Assembly: GCA_041984885.1 (NCBI GenBank)
Contig: JBHIXH010000003.1
Coordinates: 30,823-94,822, forward strand
Direction of reading: 5' to 3'
Source of the DNA: Gammaproteobacteria bacterium
Lineage (GTDB): Bacteria; Pseudomonadota; Gammaproteobacteria; Eutrophobiales; Eutrophobiaceae
DNA length: 64,000 nucleotides
This document shows, one piece after another, positions 45,548 to 55,350 of the stretch. The translations under genes and the position numbers were made by a program. Below the pieces are notes generated by a model, which worked only from the letters and a program-made list of their open reading frames with translations, searched no databases and had not been told where the DNA came from. How positions within the stretch are numbered: position 1 is the first letter of the stretch; every line of letters starts with the position of its first letter.

Positions 45548-47710
45548 CTAGCTGTCGTTTAAGGCAAGGACACGCGTGGAGAAACTGGCCAGCTCGGTTG
45601 CCTCGGTCAGTTTAATGTAGTTCTGGTACAGTGTTTTTATCTCGCGGACATAGACAACGGTCTGGCCACAGCGACATCGAATTTTGGTTTCACCGTCTCG
45701 TTCGACCGGTTTGGCCAACTGCATCATGGCGGCCTCGACATTGCCGAACCAGCGATTCGGATCCAGGCCGATCTGTTCGGTATAACGACGAACACGTTCG
45801 ATTCGTCCCAGCCCCGCGTTGTAGGCCGCCAGCGAAAACCAGATCCGGTCCTCGAGTAACAGCTCGTCCTCGAAACTGTCACGCAACTGCCTCAGGTAGG
45901 CCACGCCCGCGGCAATACTCTGTTGCGGATCGTACGGCATATCGACACCAAGGTCTTCTGCCGTCGCCGGCATGATCTGCATCAAGCCTTCGGCCCCAAC
46001 CGAAGACACGGCTAACGGGTTAAACTGGCTCTCCTGGTATACCTGGGCAACGATCAGGCGCCAGTCAAAATCGTGCAGCTCGGCCGCCCGTTGAATATCG
46101 GCATCATACGGTGAAAGCTGTTCAATCCTGGCCAGTAACCGCGCATCGCCATTCTGCGTTTTCGGTCGACGTATGTATTTCGCATACAGGTTGTTATACG
46201 TGTGGTTTTTATAGGTATTGGCAATAAACCGATTTAACTGTGCGAGCAACTTTGTATCGCTGGCGCGTACCGCCCACACATTTGAGCGTGGTTCGGTCAG
46301 GGCGAACTCGGATTGCAATCCAATCTGACGATTTAATTCCGACTTTAATTGATGGCTCGGTACAACGGTCAGGTCATACATGCCCTGCGACACCATGAAC
46401 AGCGTCGACTCGGTGTTCATGCCCTTGTGTGCCTCGATTACCTGGAATTCGACACCATGCCAGCGTTGCAATTGAGTCAGCAATGCCATGTACGGGCTCT
46501 CGGCCGGCAAATGAATCCGTCGACCTTCCAGCTCGTGGATATCAACGATACGATCATCGCTGCTACGTCCAACGACAACCGGGGCAGAGTAAAGATAAGG
46601 CTGCGTAAACATCAACTCTTTCGACGTCAAGCTTTGTCGCGGTAACGAGGCCGCGATGACGTCGCCCTGGCCGGAGACCAGCAACTGCTTCATTTCCTCA
46701 TGCGATTCGGCCAGCACAAGTTCAACGCGCATGCGATGTTTTTTGGCAAAACGGTTGATCAACTCATATTCAAAGCCGGCGATCTCCCCGTTTTTATAAA
46801 ACAGGTTGGTCGGACTCTGGTACGTGATCAAGCGAATGTTTCGTTTTTCCTGCAGGGCAGGCAGATCATCCTTGGCGATATCCGACAGGTTCATCGCCAA
46901 CAGGTATTTTTTCAGGTACGTGTTGAGTGAGGCGGCCAATGTGTCCGAGTCCGGCCTGACGTACCACGCCATACGTTGTGGTGAAGTTAAATCAAAACTG
47001 GCGTTCAGGTCAGTATGTTCCGGCAACAAACTGTTCAGGCGTAAACTGTCCATCACGGTCAGGTCGAATTGACCGGTACTGACTCGCTGCAGTATGTCGT
47101 TCTCTGACATCAATTCAGGGATAACCACCACGTCCATACCGGTATGTTGTTCCGCCATCTGCTTGACCAGGGGAAACACCGGTGATGATTTCTTCAATGC
47201 CACCTGGCGAAAGGCCAGGTCTTCGATGTGGCTGATACGTGCGCTGTCCTTACGGTTCACCACCTGTTGCGCTGACACAGACCAGGGCTCCAGCATCGTT
47301 GCAGTATCATGGATGCCGGCACGTAACGATTCGTTCTCTGCCAACACGATATCGCCTTCACCTGTATGCAGATGATGCAATAGCTGCCAGCGGCGATCGA
47401 CTTCGATCCAGCGCAGTTCGAGATCATGCTCGGCGGCATAGGTTGCAATCAGACGCTGCTCAACATCACTGATGCCGACATCGTTCTGAAACTGGCGCGT
47501 ATATAGTATTCGCAGTGTATTGTCGCTGGCGCTGTCTGACGTATCAGCGGGGAGCAGGTCCGTGGCCAATAGATCGCGTGACAGAACGGCCAGCAATACC
47601 CATAGCACGGCAGCGACGCGATGGCGTCGTAGCAGGTTCGGCAGTGTTGATTGGCCTGATAAAATCATACGTTCACACGTCTCATCCGGGCGTCGGCGCG
47701 GATTATACAA
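45548..47710 (-). CDS. MltF-like membrane-bound lytic murein transglycosylase with two tandem solute-binding-protein-like domains
   Basis: 720 aa. The C-terminal SLT domain has AQVYQESQFNP...GLMQIMPATA. Two SBP_bac_3-like segments precede it. The start could be the internal ATG at 47668. Confidence 0.75.
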   Translation of the reverse strand: MYNPRRRPDETCERMILSGQSTLPNLLRRHRVAAVLWVLLAVLSRDLLATDLLPADTSDSASDNTLRILYTRQFQNDVGISDVEQRLIATYAAEHDLELRWIEVDRRWQLLHHLHTGEGDIVLAENESLRAGIHDTATMLEPWSVSAQQVVNRKDSARISHIEDLAFRQVALKKSSPVFPLVKQMAEQHTGMDVVVIPELMSENDILQRVSTGQFDLTVMDSLRLNSLLPEHTDLNASFDLTSPQRMAWYVRPDSDTLAASLNTYLKKYLLAMNLSDIAKDDLPALQEKRNIRLITYQSPTNLFYKNGEIAGFEYELINRFAKKHRMRVELVLAESHEEMKQLLVSGQGDVIAASLPRQSLTSKELMFTQPYLYSAPVVVGRSSDDRIVDIHELEGRRIHLPAESPYMALLTQLQRWHGVEFQVIEAHKGMNTESTLFMVSQGMYDLTVVPSHQLKSELNRQIGLQSEFALTEPRSNVWAVRASDTKLLAQLNRFIANTYKNHTYNNLYAKYIRRPKTQNGDARLLARIEQLSPYDADIQRAAELHDFDWRLIVAQVYQESQFNPLAVSSVGAEGLMQIMPATAEDLGVDMPYDPQQSIAAGVAYLRQLRDSFEDELLLEDRIWFSLAAYNAGLGRIERVRRYTEQIGLDPNRWFGNVEAAMMQLAKPVERDGETKIRCRCGQTVVYVREIKTLYQNYIKLTEATELASFSTRVLALNDS

Positions 47711-47883
47711 TATATAGTTGAGAAAAAGTTAGTATCTACTACATGTAGATTTGTGCGCTGCACAAAGTGTGAACTGTATCAAACTGAAAATTTGATAGCA
47801 AGCACTCACGAGGCCGCATAGCCGGTCCGGTGAGGTTAACCTAAGTTGCTGTTTGTAATGATTTTATCAGGGTGGGTGAGTGT

Positions 47884-48546
47884 TTACTCTGATTGCTGGG
47901 ATTGAATTTCCGATAACCTCTCTGGCGTGCCGATGTCACTCCAGACACCCTCGTAGACGACGCCGGACAGCTGTTGCTGGTCGGCCGCGACGCGCAGCAG
48001 GGGTGTGAGCGAGTAGCGCCCGGCACTGGCTGAGGCAAATAACTCGGGACGGTAGAGCCCGATGCCGCTGAACGTAAATTGATTCGTGCCGGTATTACGC
48101 ACACTGCTATTTTCCAACGCAAAGTCGCCGTTCTGATTATGTTTCGGGTTGGGTACGAGCACGAGGTGCCCGAGACCATCGATGGCCCGGGGCAACGAAT
48201 TAAAGTCGTAGTCCGTCCAGATATCGGCATTCAGGGCAATGAATGCCTCGCGGCCAAGCAACGGTAATGCCTGATAAATACCGCCGCCGGTTTCCAGCGG
48301 CGCCTCTCCCTCGGCGGAATACTGAATATTAACGCCAAAGAGACTGCCATCACCCAGCCTGTTCTCGATCAACTGGCCAAGTCGTCCATGATTGATGACG
48401 ATGTCTGTTATGCCGCACGCAGCCAGTCGCTCAAGATGATAGACGATCAGCGGTTTACCGTTTACCTCGAGCAACGGTTTCGGTGTGTGATCGGTTAACG
48501 GGCGCATACGCTCACCGTGGCCGGCGGCAAGGATCATGGCGCGCAT
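47884..48546 (-). CDS. murU: N-acetylmuramate alpha-1-phosphate uridylyltransferase
   Basis: MRAMILAAGHGERMRPLTDHTPKPLL nucleotidyltransferase N-terminus. Paired with amgK and overlapping it by 13 nt. Confidence 0.8.
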   Translation of the reverse strand: MRAMILAAGHGERMRPLTDHTPKPLLEVNGKPLIVYHLERLAACGITDIVINHGRLGQLIENRLGDGSLFGVNIQYSAEGEAPLETGGGIYQALPLLGREAFIALNADIWTDYDFNSLPRAIDGLGHLVLVPNPKHNQNGDFALENSSVRNTGTNQFTFSGIGLYRPELFASASAGRYSLTPLLRVAADQQQLSGVVYEGVWSDIGTPERLSEIQSQQSE

Positions 48547-49532
48547 TGGTCGCCCTCGCGTTCAAATACGGGTAATACCTTTTCCTGAATAAACCGGCTG
48601 ACGGGGTTTAACTCGGCATAGTCATCTTGCAGTTGCACGATGTAGCGTAACGTTCTCGGAATGTCTTTCAGGTATCCGTCCTTGCCGTCACGATGATACA
48701 GGCGACAGAAGATGCCGCTGGCCTTTAACTGACGTTGCACACCCATCAAATCAAACCAGCGTTGCACCCGCTCGCGATCGAACCCGATACCGGCCTGCTC
48801 TGCTGTATCGATAAAGTACTGCAGCCATTGCTGGCGTTGCGCGACCGGCCAGTCGATATAGCAGTCCTTTAATAATGAAACGATGTCATAACAGAACGGC
48901 CCATGCACGGCATCCTGATAATCAAGTATGCCAGGAGATTCAGTGCCGTTCGTCATCAGGTTGCGCGAATGATAATCACGGTGCACAAACACGCGCGGCT
49001 GTTGTAGCGCATTTTCAATTAACAGGTCCTGCAACTGATCGATCATCGACTGTTCGTCAGCGGAATAGTCCTGTTGCAGATGATGACCAACCAGCCAGTC
49101 ATCAAACAGCTTCATCTCATTCAGCAGTAACGTTTCATCGTAGTCCGGCAGGCCGGTGACTGAAGTCTGCGCCTGCATCAGGACCAGCGAATCGATCGCC
49201 CCTTTATATAATGTATCGGCGTTCGTTTCGTTCACTACCTGTAAGAATTGTTCCGTGCCCAGGTCAGTCAGCAATAAAAACCCCTGCTCAGTATCACTCG
49301 CTTTAATCGCTGGCACCTTCAAGCCGGCGCGTAACAGTCGACGACTGATATCAATGAACTCACGGCAGGATTCGTGTTCCGGCGGCGCATCCATTGCAAC
49401 CCAGCTAGTGTCGTTGGCGGTAACGCGAAAATAACGACGAAAGCTTGCATCGGCGGAAGCCGGTGCGATGGAGTCAAGCTGTATGCCCGCCTGTTTCAAC
49501 CAGTCAGTTAATTGTTGTAACCGTGTATCCAT
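48534..49532 (-). CDS. amgK: anomeric MurNAc/GlcNAc kinase (aminoglycoside phosphotransferase fold)
   Basis: 332 aa. Catalytic loop VHRDYHSRNLM. Conserved pairing with murU. Confidence 0.75.
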   Translation of the reverse strand: MDTRLQQLTDWLKQAGIQLDSIAPASADASFRRYFRVTANDTSWVAMDAPPEHESCREFIDISRRLLRAGLKVPAIKASDTEQGFLLLTDLGTEQFLQVVNETNADTLYKGAIDSLVLMQAQTSVTGLPDYDETLLLNEMKLFDDWLVGHHLQQDYSADEQSMIDQLQDLLIENALQQPRVFVHRDYHSRNLMTNGTESPGILDYQDAVHGPFCYDIVSLLKDCYIDWPVAQRQQWLQYFIDTAEQAGIGFDRERVQRWFDLMGVQRQLKASGIFCRLYHRDGKDGYLKDIPRTLRYIVQLQDDYAELNPVSRFIQEKVLPVFEREGDQCAP

Positions 49533-49621
49533 GAGGTTGCTGTTGTATTCGTTGCCGTTGTCTATCGAACCAATCGATATTCTGGCATTATCGCCGAAAC
49601 AACTAAACCTGACTGCATTTC

Positions 49622-50584
49622 ATGTTGCTCGCCTCTCTCGGATTAATTGCCGGCCTCGCCTGCCTGGTTTATGGCGCCGATCGTTTTGTCATTGGTGCTG
49701 GCAGCACTGCGAGAAACGCGGGCGTCAGCCCTCTGATCATCGGACTGACGATTGTCGGCTTTGCCACCTCGGCACCGGAGATCCTCGTCGGTTCGGTTGC
49801 CGCCTGGCAAGGGAAAACCGAAATGGCGGTCGGTAACGCGCTGGGCTCAAACATCACGAACATTGCACTGGTGCTGGGTGCGACAGCGGTGTTGTATCCC
49901 ATCACGATAAATTCTAAAACGCTGATACGCGAATACCTGATCATGTTTGCCGCTTTATTGCTCGGGCTGATCGCGTTATTCGATCAGTCACTCAGTCGTG
50001 TTGATGCCGGTATCTTACTCGTGTCGATGTTCATCATCACCGTCATCATTGTTGTGCTTTCGCGCCGCTCCAAGGAAAAGGACCTGTTGTTGCAGGAATA
50101 CGAAAAAGAACTGCAAATACCGTTATCTGTTAAAAAGTCCCTGTGGTTACTGGTTATTGGTCTGGTCCTGCTCGTTGGCGGGGCCGAGTTACTCGTGCGC
50201 AGCGCTGTCATCATTGCCCAGGCATTCGGCCTTAGCGACCTGATCATCGGGCTGACAATCATTGCCATCGGTACCAGCCTGCCGGAACTCGCCGCATCGA
50301 TCATGAGTGTGATCAAAAAAGAATCCGAGCTTGCGATCGGCAACGTCATCGGATCGAACATGTACAATATGCTGGCCGTGCTTGGTATCCCCGCGCTGAT
50401 CACACCAACGGTCATTGATCCTGCCGTGCTCTACCGCGACCTGCCTGTCATGTTCGGCCTGACGCTGTTAATGGGCTGGATGGTGTTTATCCACGGCAGT
50501 GGTAAATTTACTCGCGCTGAGGGTGCTGTACTGCTTGCCTGTTTTTTTTCATACCAGGCCCTGTTGTTCAGCCAATTATCGTAA
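49622..50584 (+). CDS. yrbG: calcium/sodium antiporter (YrbG family)
   Basis: 320 aa. Duplicated alpha-repeat GNALGSNITNI / GNVIGSNMYNM. Upstream of kdsD as in E. coli. Confidence 0.88.
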   Translation: MLLASLGLIAGLACLVYGADRFVIGAGSTARNAGVSPLIIGLTIVGFATSAPEILVGSVAAWQGKTEMAVGNALGSNITNIALVLGATAVLYPITINSKTLIREYLIMFAALLLGLIALFDQSLSRVDAGILLVSMFIITVIIVVLSRRSKEKDLLLQEYEKELQIPLSVKKSLWLLVIGLVLLVGGAELLVRSAVIIAQAFGLSDLIIGLTIIAIGTSLPELAASIMSVIKKESELAIGNVIGSNMYNMLAVLGIPALITPTVIDPAVLYRDLPVMFGLTLLMGWMVFIHGSGKFTRAEGAVLLACFFSYQALLFSQLS

Positions 50585-50598
50585 TATAGGCAGCCGAT

Positions 50599-51579
50599 AT
50601 GACCCGTACGGAACAGGACAAACTACTCGAACTCGGCCGCGCCGTGTTACAGACCGAGGCCGATGCGATCCAGGCGCTCATGCCGCGCCTGGATCAGGCC
50701 TTCGTGCAGGCCTGCGAGTTCATATTGAACTGCTCCGGCCGCACCGTCGTGATTGGCATGGGGAAGTCCGGCCATATTGGCGGCAAGATCGCGGCGACGC
50801 TGGCCAGCACCGGCACACCGGCCTTTTTTGTCCACCCGGGCGAGGCCAGTCATGGTGATCTTGGCATGATCACTTCCAGCGACGTCGTCATTGCCCTGTC
50901 AAACTCGGGCGAAACGGAAGAAGTGATTACGTTACTGCCACTGATAAAACGCCTGGGTGTACCGCTCATCGCGCTAACCGGCGCGGGCGAATCGACACTG
51001 GCGCAGGAGGCGACCGTAGCAATCCATGTTGGTGTCGATAAAGAGGCCTGCCCGCTTGGTCTGGCACCAACGGCAAGTACAACGGCCGCACTGGCAATGG
51101 GTGATGCACTGGCTATCGCGTTGCTGGAGGCGCGCGGTTTCGATGCCGATGATTTTGCGCTGTCACATCCGGGCGGCAGTCTCGGTCGGCGCCTGTTACT
51201 GCACGTTGCCGATATTATGCATACCGGCGATGCGATACCGGTGGTACAGACCGATACCAAATTATCGGCAGCGCTGGTCGAAATGTCCGCAAAAGGTCTC
51301 GGCACAACCGCTGTCGTCGACCGGCACAATCACATCGCCGGAATTTTTACCGATGGCGACCTGCGGCGTACGCTGGATAAACAGGTGGATATTCTTACTA
51401 CGCCCGTTTCCGCCGTGATCAGCGGCAACTGTAAAACGATCACACCGGATAAACTGGCAGCGGAAGCATTGGCGTTAATGGAGCAACACAAGATCAACGC
51501 GTTACTGGTCGTGAACGAAGCAAACGATCTCGTCGGTATTCTCAATATGCATGATCTGCTCAGGGCGCGCGTGGTCTGA
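50599..51579 (+). CDS. kdsD: arabinose-5-phosphate isomerase (SIS + tandem CBS)
   Basis: 326 aa. VIGMGKSGHIG SIS motif and a C-terminal CBS pair. Confidence 0.92.
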   Translation: MTRTEQDKLLELGRAVLQTEADAIQALMPRLDQAFVQACEFILNCSGRTVVIGMGKSGHIGGKIAATLASTGTPAFFVHPGEASHGDLGMITSSDVVIALSNSGETEEVITLLPLIKRLGVPLIALTGAGESTLAQEATVAIHVGVDKEACPLGLAPTASTTAALAMGDALAIALLEARGFDADDFALSHPGGSLGRRLLLHVADIMHTGDAIPVVQTDTKLSAALVEMSAKGLGTTAVVDRHNHIAGIFTDGDLRRTLDKQVDILTTPVSAVISGNCKTITPDKLAAEALALMEQHKINALLVVNEANDLVGILNMHDLLRARVV

Positions 51580-52112
51580 TGCAAACCACGCCGGAATTGA
51601 TTGCGCTTGCACGCGAGGTAAAACTGGCCGTGTTTGATGTCGATGGCGTATTGACTGACGGTAGCCTGTACCTGGGCGAAAATGGCAACGAGTATAAGGC
51701 GTTTAACGTGCGCGACGGGCTTGGCCTTGTCATGTTGCGTGACAGTGGTTGTGAACTGGCTGTGATCACGGCACGCAGTTCAACAATAGTTGCCGATCGC
51801 ATGCAAAGCCTCGGCATTAATCATGTCTACCAAGGGCAGGACGACAAACGTGTTGCCTTGCTTGGCTTAATGGAAAAACTCGACATTCAACCGTCACAGG
51901 TCATGTATCTCGGCGACGACCTGATCGACCTGCCGGCCATGAAAAAAGTCGGGCTGCCGATCGCGGTGGCCGACGCGCATGCACGGGTGAAAGAGATGGC
52001 TGCCGCGGTAACCGAAGCAAACGGCGGCAGGGGTGCGGCCAGGGAAGTGTGCGAGTTTATCATGCAGGCACAGGGCACCTTTGCCGACAGGCTGCAGCAA
52101 TACTTATCCTGA
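51579..52112 (+). CDS. kdsC: 3-deoxy-D-manno-octulosonate 8-phosphate phosphatase
   Basis: 177 aa. HAD motif AVFDVDGVLTDG. 1-nt overlap with kdsD. Confidence 0.92.
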   Translation: MQTTPELIALAREVKLAVFDVDGVLTDGSLYLGENGNEYKAFNVRDGLGLVMLRDSGCELAVITARSSTIVADRMQSLGINHVYQGQDDKRVALLGLMEKLDIQPSQVMYLGDDLIDLPAMKKVGLPIAVADAHARVKEMAAAVTEANGGRGAAREVCEFIMQAQGTFADRLQQYLS

Positions 52113-52117
52113 AAAAA

Positions 52118-52831
52118 CTAGGCGGTAATACTCCGGGCTTGCATGCGCCGATAGAGTGAGACGAGGTACAGCGCCAAAAACACGGCAAAATACAGCTCCT
52201 GCGCTTCACTCCATCTTATTTCAAACTGGTAGGGATCGAGTTGAAACACGTCTTTAATCCGCTCCGGAAATTTTATCAAGATCGCGATGCAGGCTGCGGG
52301 CAGACAAACATGCGTCGGCCAGAACCAGTACCTGTCATCGTTCGGGGAGTAGGAATATTTATTTAACGAACGACTGATCGGCAGAATAATTCCACCAATC
52401 AGCACCCATATCTCCAGCAGAATGCGCGGCTTCTGATCAAACCAGCTGCTGATATTGTGCAGGTTGGTTTCGTTCTGATCATTCACGCCCTGCAGGCTTG
52501 CCGGCGTTTCCCAGCCAAGCAGGTGTTGTCCCCAGCTTATCTCTTCTCCGGCCATGTAAACGCAGGCAAGCGTGACTAACATGAACCATATACGCAGCCA
52601 GGTTTTAACCTGTTGTTGGCTGACGAGAAATACACGGAAACCAAAATAGATACCCGGCAACAATACGAGTGGCGTGCATAGCTCAACAAAACCCAGCTCG
52701 CCTTCGAGCCATAGTAGATAAAACTCCGGGCTGACCTGGTTGATACCAACGAGGAGCAGCACAACAACCAGCGGCAGCCATAAATATAACCAGCGCGGCA
52801 GTTCAGTCGTATTCGCAGTCAGGCCTGCCAC
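52118..52831 (-). CDS. hypothetical polytopic membrane protein
   Basis: 237 aa, about 6 TM segments, no recognisable motif. Last gene of the minus-strand heme A / oxidase assembly string. Confidence 0.5.
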   Translation of the reverse strand: MAGLTANTTELPRWLYLWLPLVVVLLLVGINQVSPEFYLLWLEGELGFVELCTPLVLLPGIYFGFRVFLVSQQQVKTWLRIWFMLVTLACVYMAGEEISWGQHLLGWETPASLQGVNDQNETNLHNISSWFDQKPRILLEIWVLIGGIILPISRSLNKYSYSPNDDRYWFWPTHVCLPAACIAILIKFPERIKDVFQLDPYQFEIRWSEAQELYFAVFLALYLVSLYRRMQARSITA

Positions 52832-52840
52832 TGATAGCTA

Positions 52841-53764
52841 TCAGGAAAAATTGATAAGAGAGAGGAAAACCGGGACGTAATGATCAACAAGAAGAAATGC
52901 AAATAACGCCATCAGGTAGATGATCGAATAGGAAAATGTCTGCATCGCCAGCCGATCACTTTTCGTTTGCCAGAGACGCACGGCATACCAGATAAAGCCG
53001 AGGCCAAGGCCAACCGCACCCACCAGGTAAAGCGGTCCGCTCATTAACGTGACAAACGGCAACAGGCTGACAATGAATAATACGACCGTGTATAACAAAA
53101 CGTGTAGACGGGTAAACTCGGCGCCGTGCGTGACCGGCAACATCGGAATATCGACTTTTTTGTATTCTTCGCGACGGTAAATTGCCAACGCCCAGAAATG
53201 CGGGGGCGTCCAGGCAAATATGATTAAAAACAAAATCAGCGAGCTTGGATCCAGCGTCCCGGTAACCGCGGTCCAGCCGAGTACGGGCGGGGCGGCACCG
53301 GCGGCACCACCAATGACAATGTTTTGCGGCGTGGCGCGTTTCAGCCACATTGAATAGACAAAGCCATAACCGATCAGAGATAACAACGTCAGTACGGCGG
53401 TCAGCACGTTGACGAACGTTGTTAATATGATCATTGCCAGGGCGCCCAGAATAAACGCAAACAGGATGGCGGATTGCGATGAGATATTGCCTTTGGCCAA
53501 CGGGCGTAACTTCGTACGCGCCATGACGGAATCAATATGCTGATCGACGACATGATTGACCGCAGCCGCGGAAGCCGCCGCCAGGCCAATGCCAAGCGTG
53601 CCAAAGATCAGCGCTGGCAACGGCACCATGCCGGGCACCGCGAGAAACATGCCGACGACGGCAGTGAAGACGATCAACGAGACGATCTTTGGCTTGCAGA
53701 GGGCCAGATAGTCCTGCCAGGTGGCACCGGCCAGTGTTGATTCGTTCGTCATGGCGTCATTCAT
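52841..53764 (-). CDS. ctaB: protoheme IX farnesyltransferase (heme O synthase)
   Basis: 307 aa. YLALCKPKIVSLIVFTAVVGM, UbiA-fold motifs. 4-nt overlap with ctaA. Confidence 0.9.
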   Translation of the reverse strand: MNDAMTNESTLAGATWQDYLALCKPKIVSLIVFTAVVGMFLAVPGMVPLPALIFGTLGIGLAAASAAAVNHVVDQHIDSVMARTKLRPLAKGNISSQSAILFAFILGALAMIILTTFVNVLTAVLTLLSLIGYGFVYSMWLKRATPQNIVIGGAAGAAPPVLGWTAVTGTLDPSSLILFLIIFAWTPPHFWALAIYRREEYKKVDIPMLPVTHGAEFTRLHVLLYTVVLFIVSLLPFVTLMSGPLYLVGAVGLGLGFIWYAVRLWQTKSDRLAMQTFSYSIIYLMALFAFLLVDHYVPVFLSLINFS

Positions 53765-54741
53765 ACGGTGAATTTCTGTGTGCGGGAATAATACAGAAGT
53801 GTGGCGACGCTTAGCAATAAAAGCGCAGCCCCGCCGTTATGGGCGACCGCCACCGGTAACGGCAACACATGGACAATGTTCATCACGCCCAGCGTCACCT
53901 GCCCGGCAAGCAGGATCAACACCGCCACTGCCGGGATTATCGCCGAGCCGGCAACAAGCGAGCGTAGCGCCACGACCAGCAACAGCAGCGTGGTCACAAC
54001 GGCACCGATACGATGCGCGACGTGAATGGCAGTGCGTGCGTCGACAGCGAGGACACCGCCCTCGTAGTCCTGGCCGACACCACGCCACAGCGTGAAGCCT
54101 TCGTTGAAATCCATGGGTGGCCACCATTGCCCCTGGCACATCGGCAGGTCCGAGCAAACCAGCGCCGCGTAGTTCGCACTGGTCCACCCACCCAGCATTA
54201 TCTGTATATACAGCACGGCGAGACCGGCAAGGATAAGTCGCGAGAACCGGGGTGTGGCAGAGACAACCGGCTGCGGTCGCCACAGGCTGAGGCACAGCCA
54301 CCACAATAACAGCAGTATCGTCATGCCGCCGAGCAGATGGGCGACGACGATGGCCGGTTTCAGCAACAGTGTGACTGTCCACATACCGAGCAATGCCTGG
54401 AAGATGACGAGCGCGAGCAGACCGAACGGCAACCACAATGACAGCTCGTTTTTATCACGTTGACGCCAGGCCCCTATCGCCAGCGCAAGGATGCACAGGC
54501 CAAGGAAACCGGCAACATAGCGATGCAACATTTCCTTCCAGGCTTTCGCCTGGTGCATCGGCCGCTCCGGATAAGCCAGATTTGCCTGATCGATCAGTTC
54601 CGTCTGCGCCGGTACGACCATATGACCATAGCAACCGGGCCAATCCGGACAGCCAAGACCGGCATCAGAAAGACGCACGTAGGCGCCGAGCGTGACGACA
54701 ACAAACGCCAGTACTACCGTGAAAATTGCGAGCCACTTCAT
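53761..54741 (-). CDS. ctaA: heme A synthase (COX15/CtaA)
   Basis: 326 aa, 8 TM segments. Conserved His pairs (MLHRYVAG, VAHRIGAV) and a CPDWPGC motif. Confidence 0.88.
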   Translation of the reverse strand: MKWLAIFTVVLAFVVVTLGAYVRLSDAGLGCPDWPGCYGHMVVPAQTELIDQANLAYPERPMHQAKAWKEMLHRYVAGFLGLCILALAIGAWRQRDKNELSLWLPFGLLALVIFQALLGMWTVTLLLKPAIVVAHLLGGMTILLLLWWLCLSLWRPQPVVSATPRFSRLILAGLAVLYIQIMLGGWTSANYAALVCSDLPMCQGQWWPPMDFNEGFTLWRGVGQDYEGGVLAVDARTAIHVAHRIGAVVTTLLLLVVALRSLVAGSAIIPAVAVLILLAGQVTLGVMNIVHVLPLPVAVAHNGGAALLLLSVATLLYYSRTQKFTV

Positions 54742-54748
54742 CGTCTGC

Positions 54749-55348
54749 CTACCCGATCCGTGATGATTTCAGCAGCTTGCGCAGATCACGCAAAATACCG
54801 TATGGGTCAAAATCCGATGCATACTGCATCATCAGGTTACCGAGCGGATCGACGATGTAAATTCTACGTGCATCTGCCGGTGACTCGTTTATGCCTGTTT
54901 TGAATGTTTCCACGACGGGCGCCTGCTCGTCGGCCGGCACCTGTAGTCGCCAGAGATCCGGATAATTGGCCAGCACCTGTTTGACCTGGGCCGGCTGTAA
55001 GGCGATAACGACACGCTGCACGCGCAATGAGTATTTCCCCATCGCCTGCTCTATCTGGTTCAGGCTGAACAATGTTTGCTTGCAGTCTTCATCGCACTCA
55101 TTCGCAATGAAATAGACCAGGTTCCATTTGCCCTGAAAATCACGTGTATTGTTTGCATCACTGGTATTGACTACAGACAGCTCGGGCAGGGGTCGAGCCG
55201 GATGGATCAATTCACCATAGTTAGTCGTGGTGTGGTCGGACTTGTCTGCATGGTTCAGATACCACCAGGAAAAAACAAACGGCGCGATAAACAGCATGCA
55301 GATCACGACGACCATTAACCCTTTTCTTGTTTGTGCGGATAACGCCAT
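54749..55348 (-). CDS. SCO/thioredoxin-like cytochrome oxidase biogenesis protein, membrane anchored
   Basis: Start chosen at MALSAQTRKG, 2 nt after the SURF1 stop. TM anchor, CDEDC (CxxxC) and the SCO-like tail IYIVDPLGNLMMQY. Confidence 0.5.
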   Translation of the reverse strand: MALSAQTRKGLMVVVICMLFIAPFVFSWWYLNHADKSDHTTTNYGELIHPARPLPELSVVNTSDANNTRDFQGKWNLVYFIANECDEDCKQTLFSLNQIEQAMGKYSLRVQRVVIALQPAQVKQVLANYPDLWRLQVPADEQAPVVETFKTGINESPADARRIYIVDPLGNLMMQYASDFDPYGILRDLRKLLKSSRIG

Positions 55349-55350
55349 AT

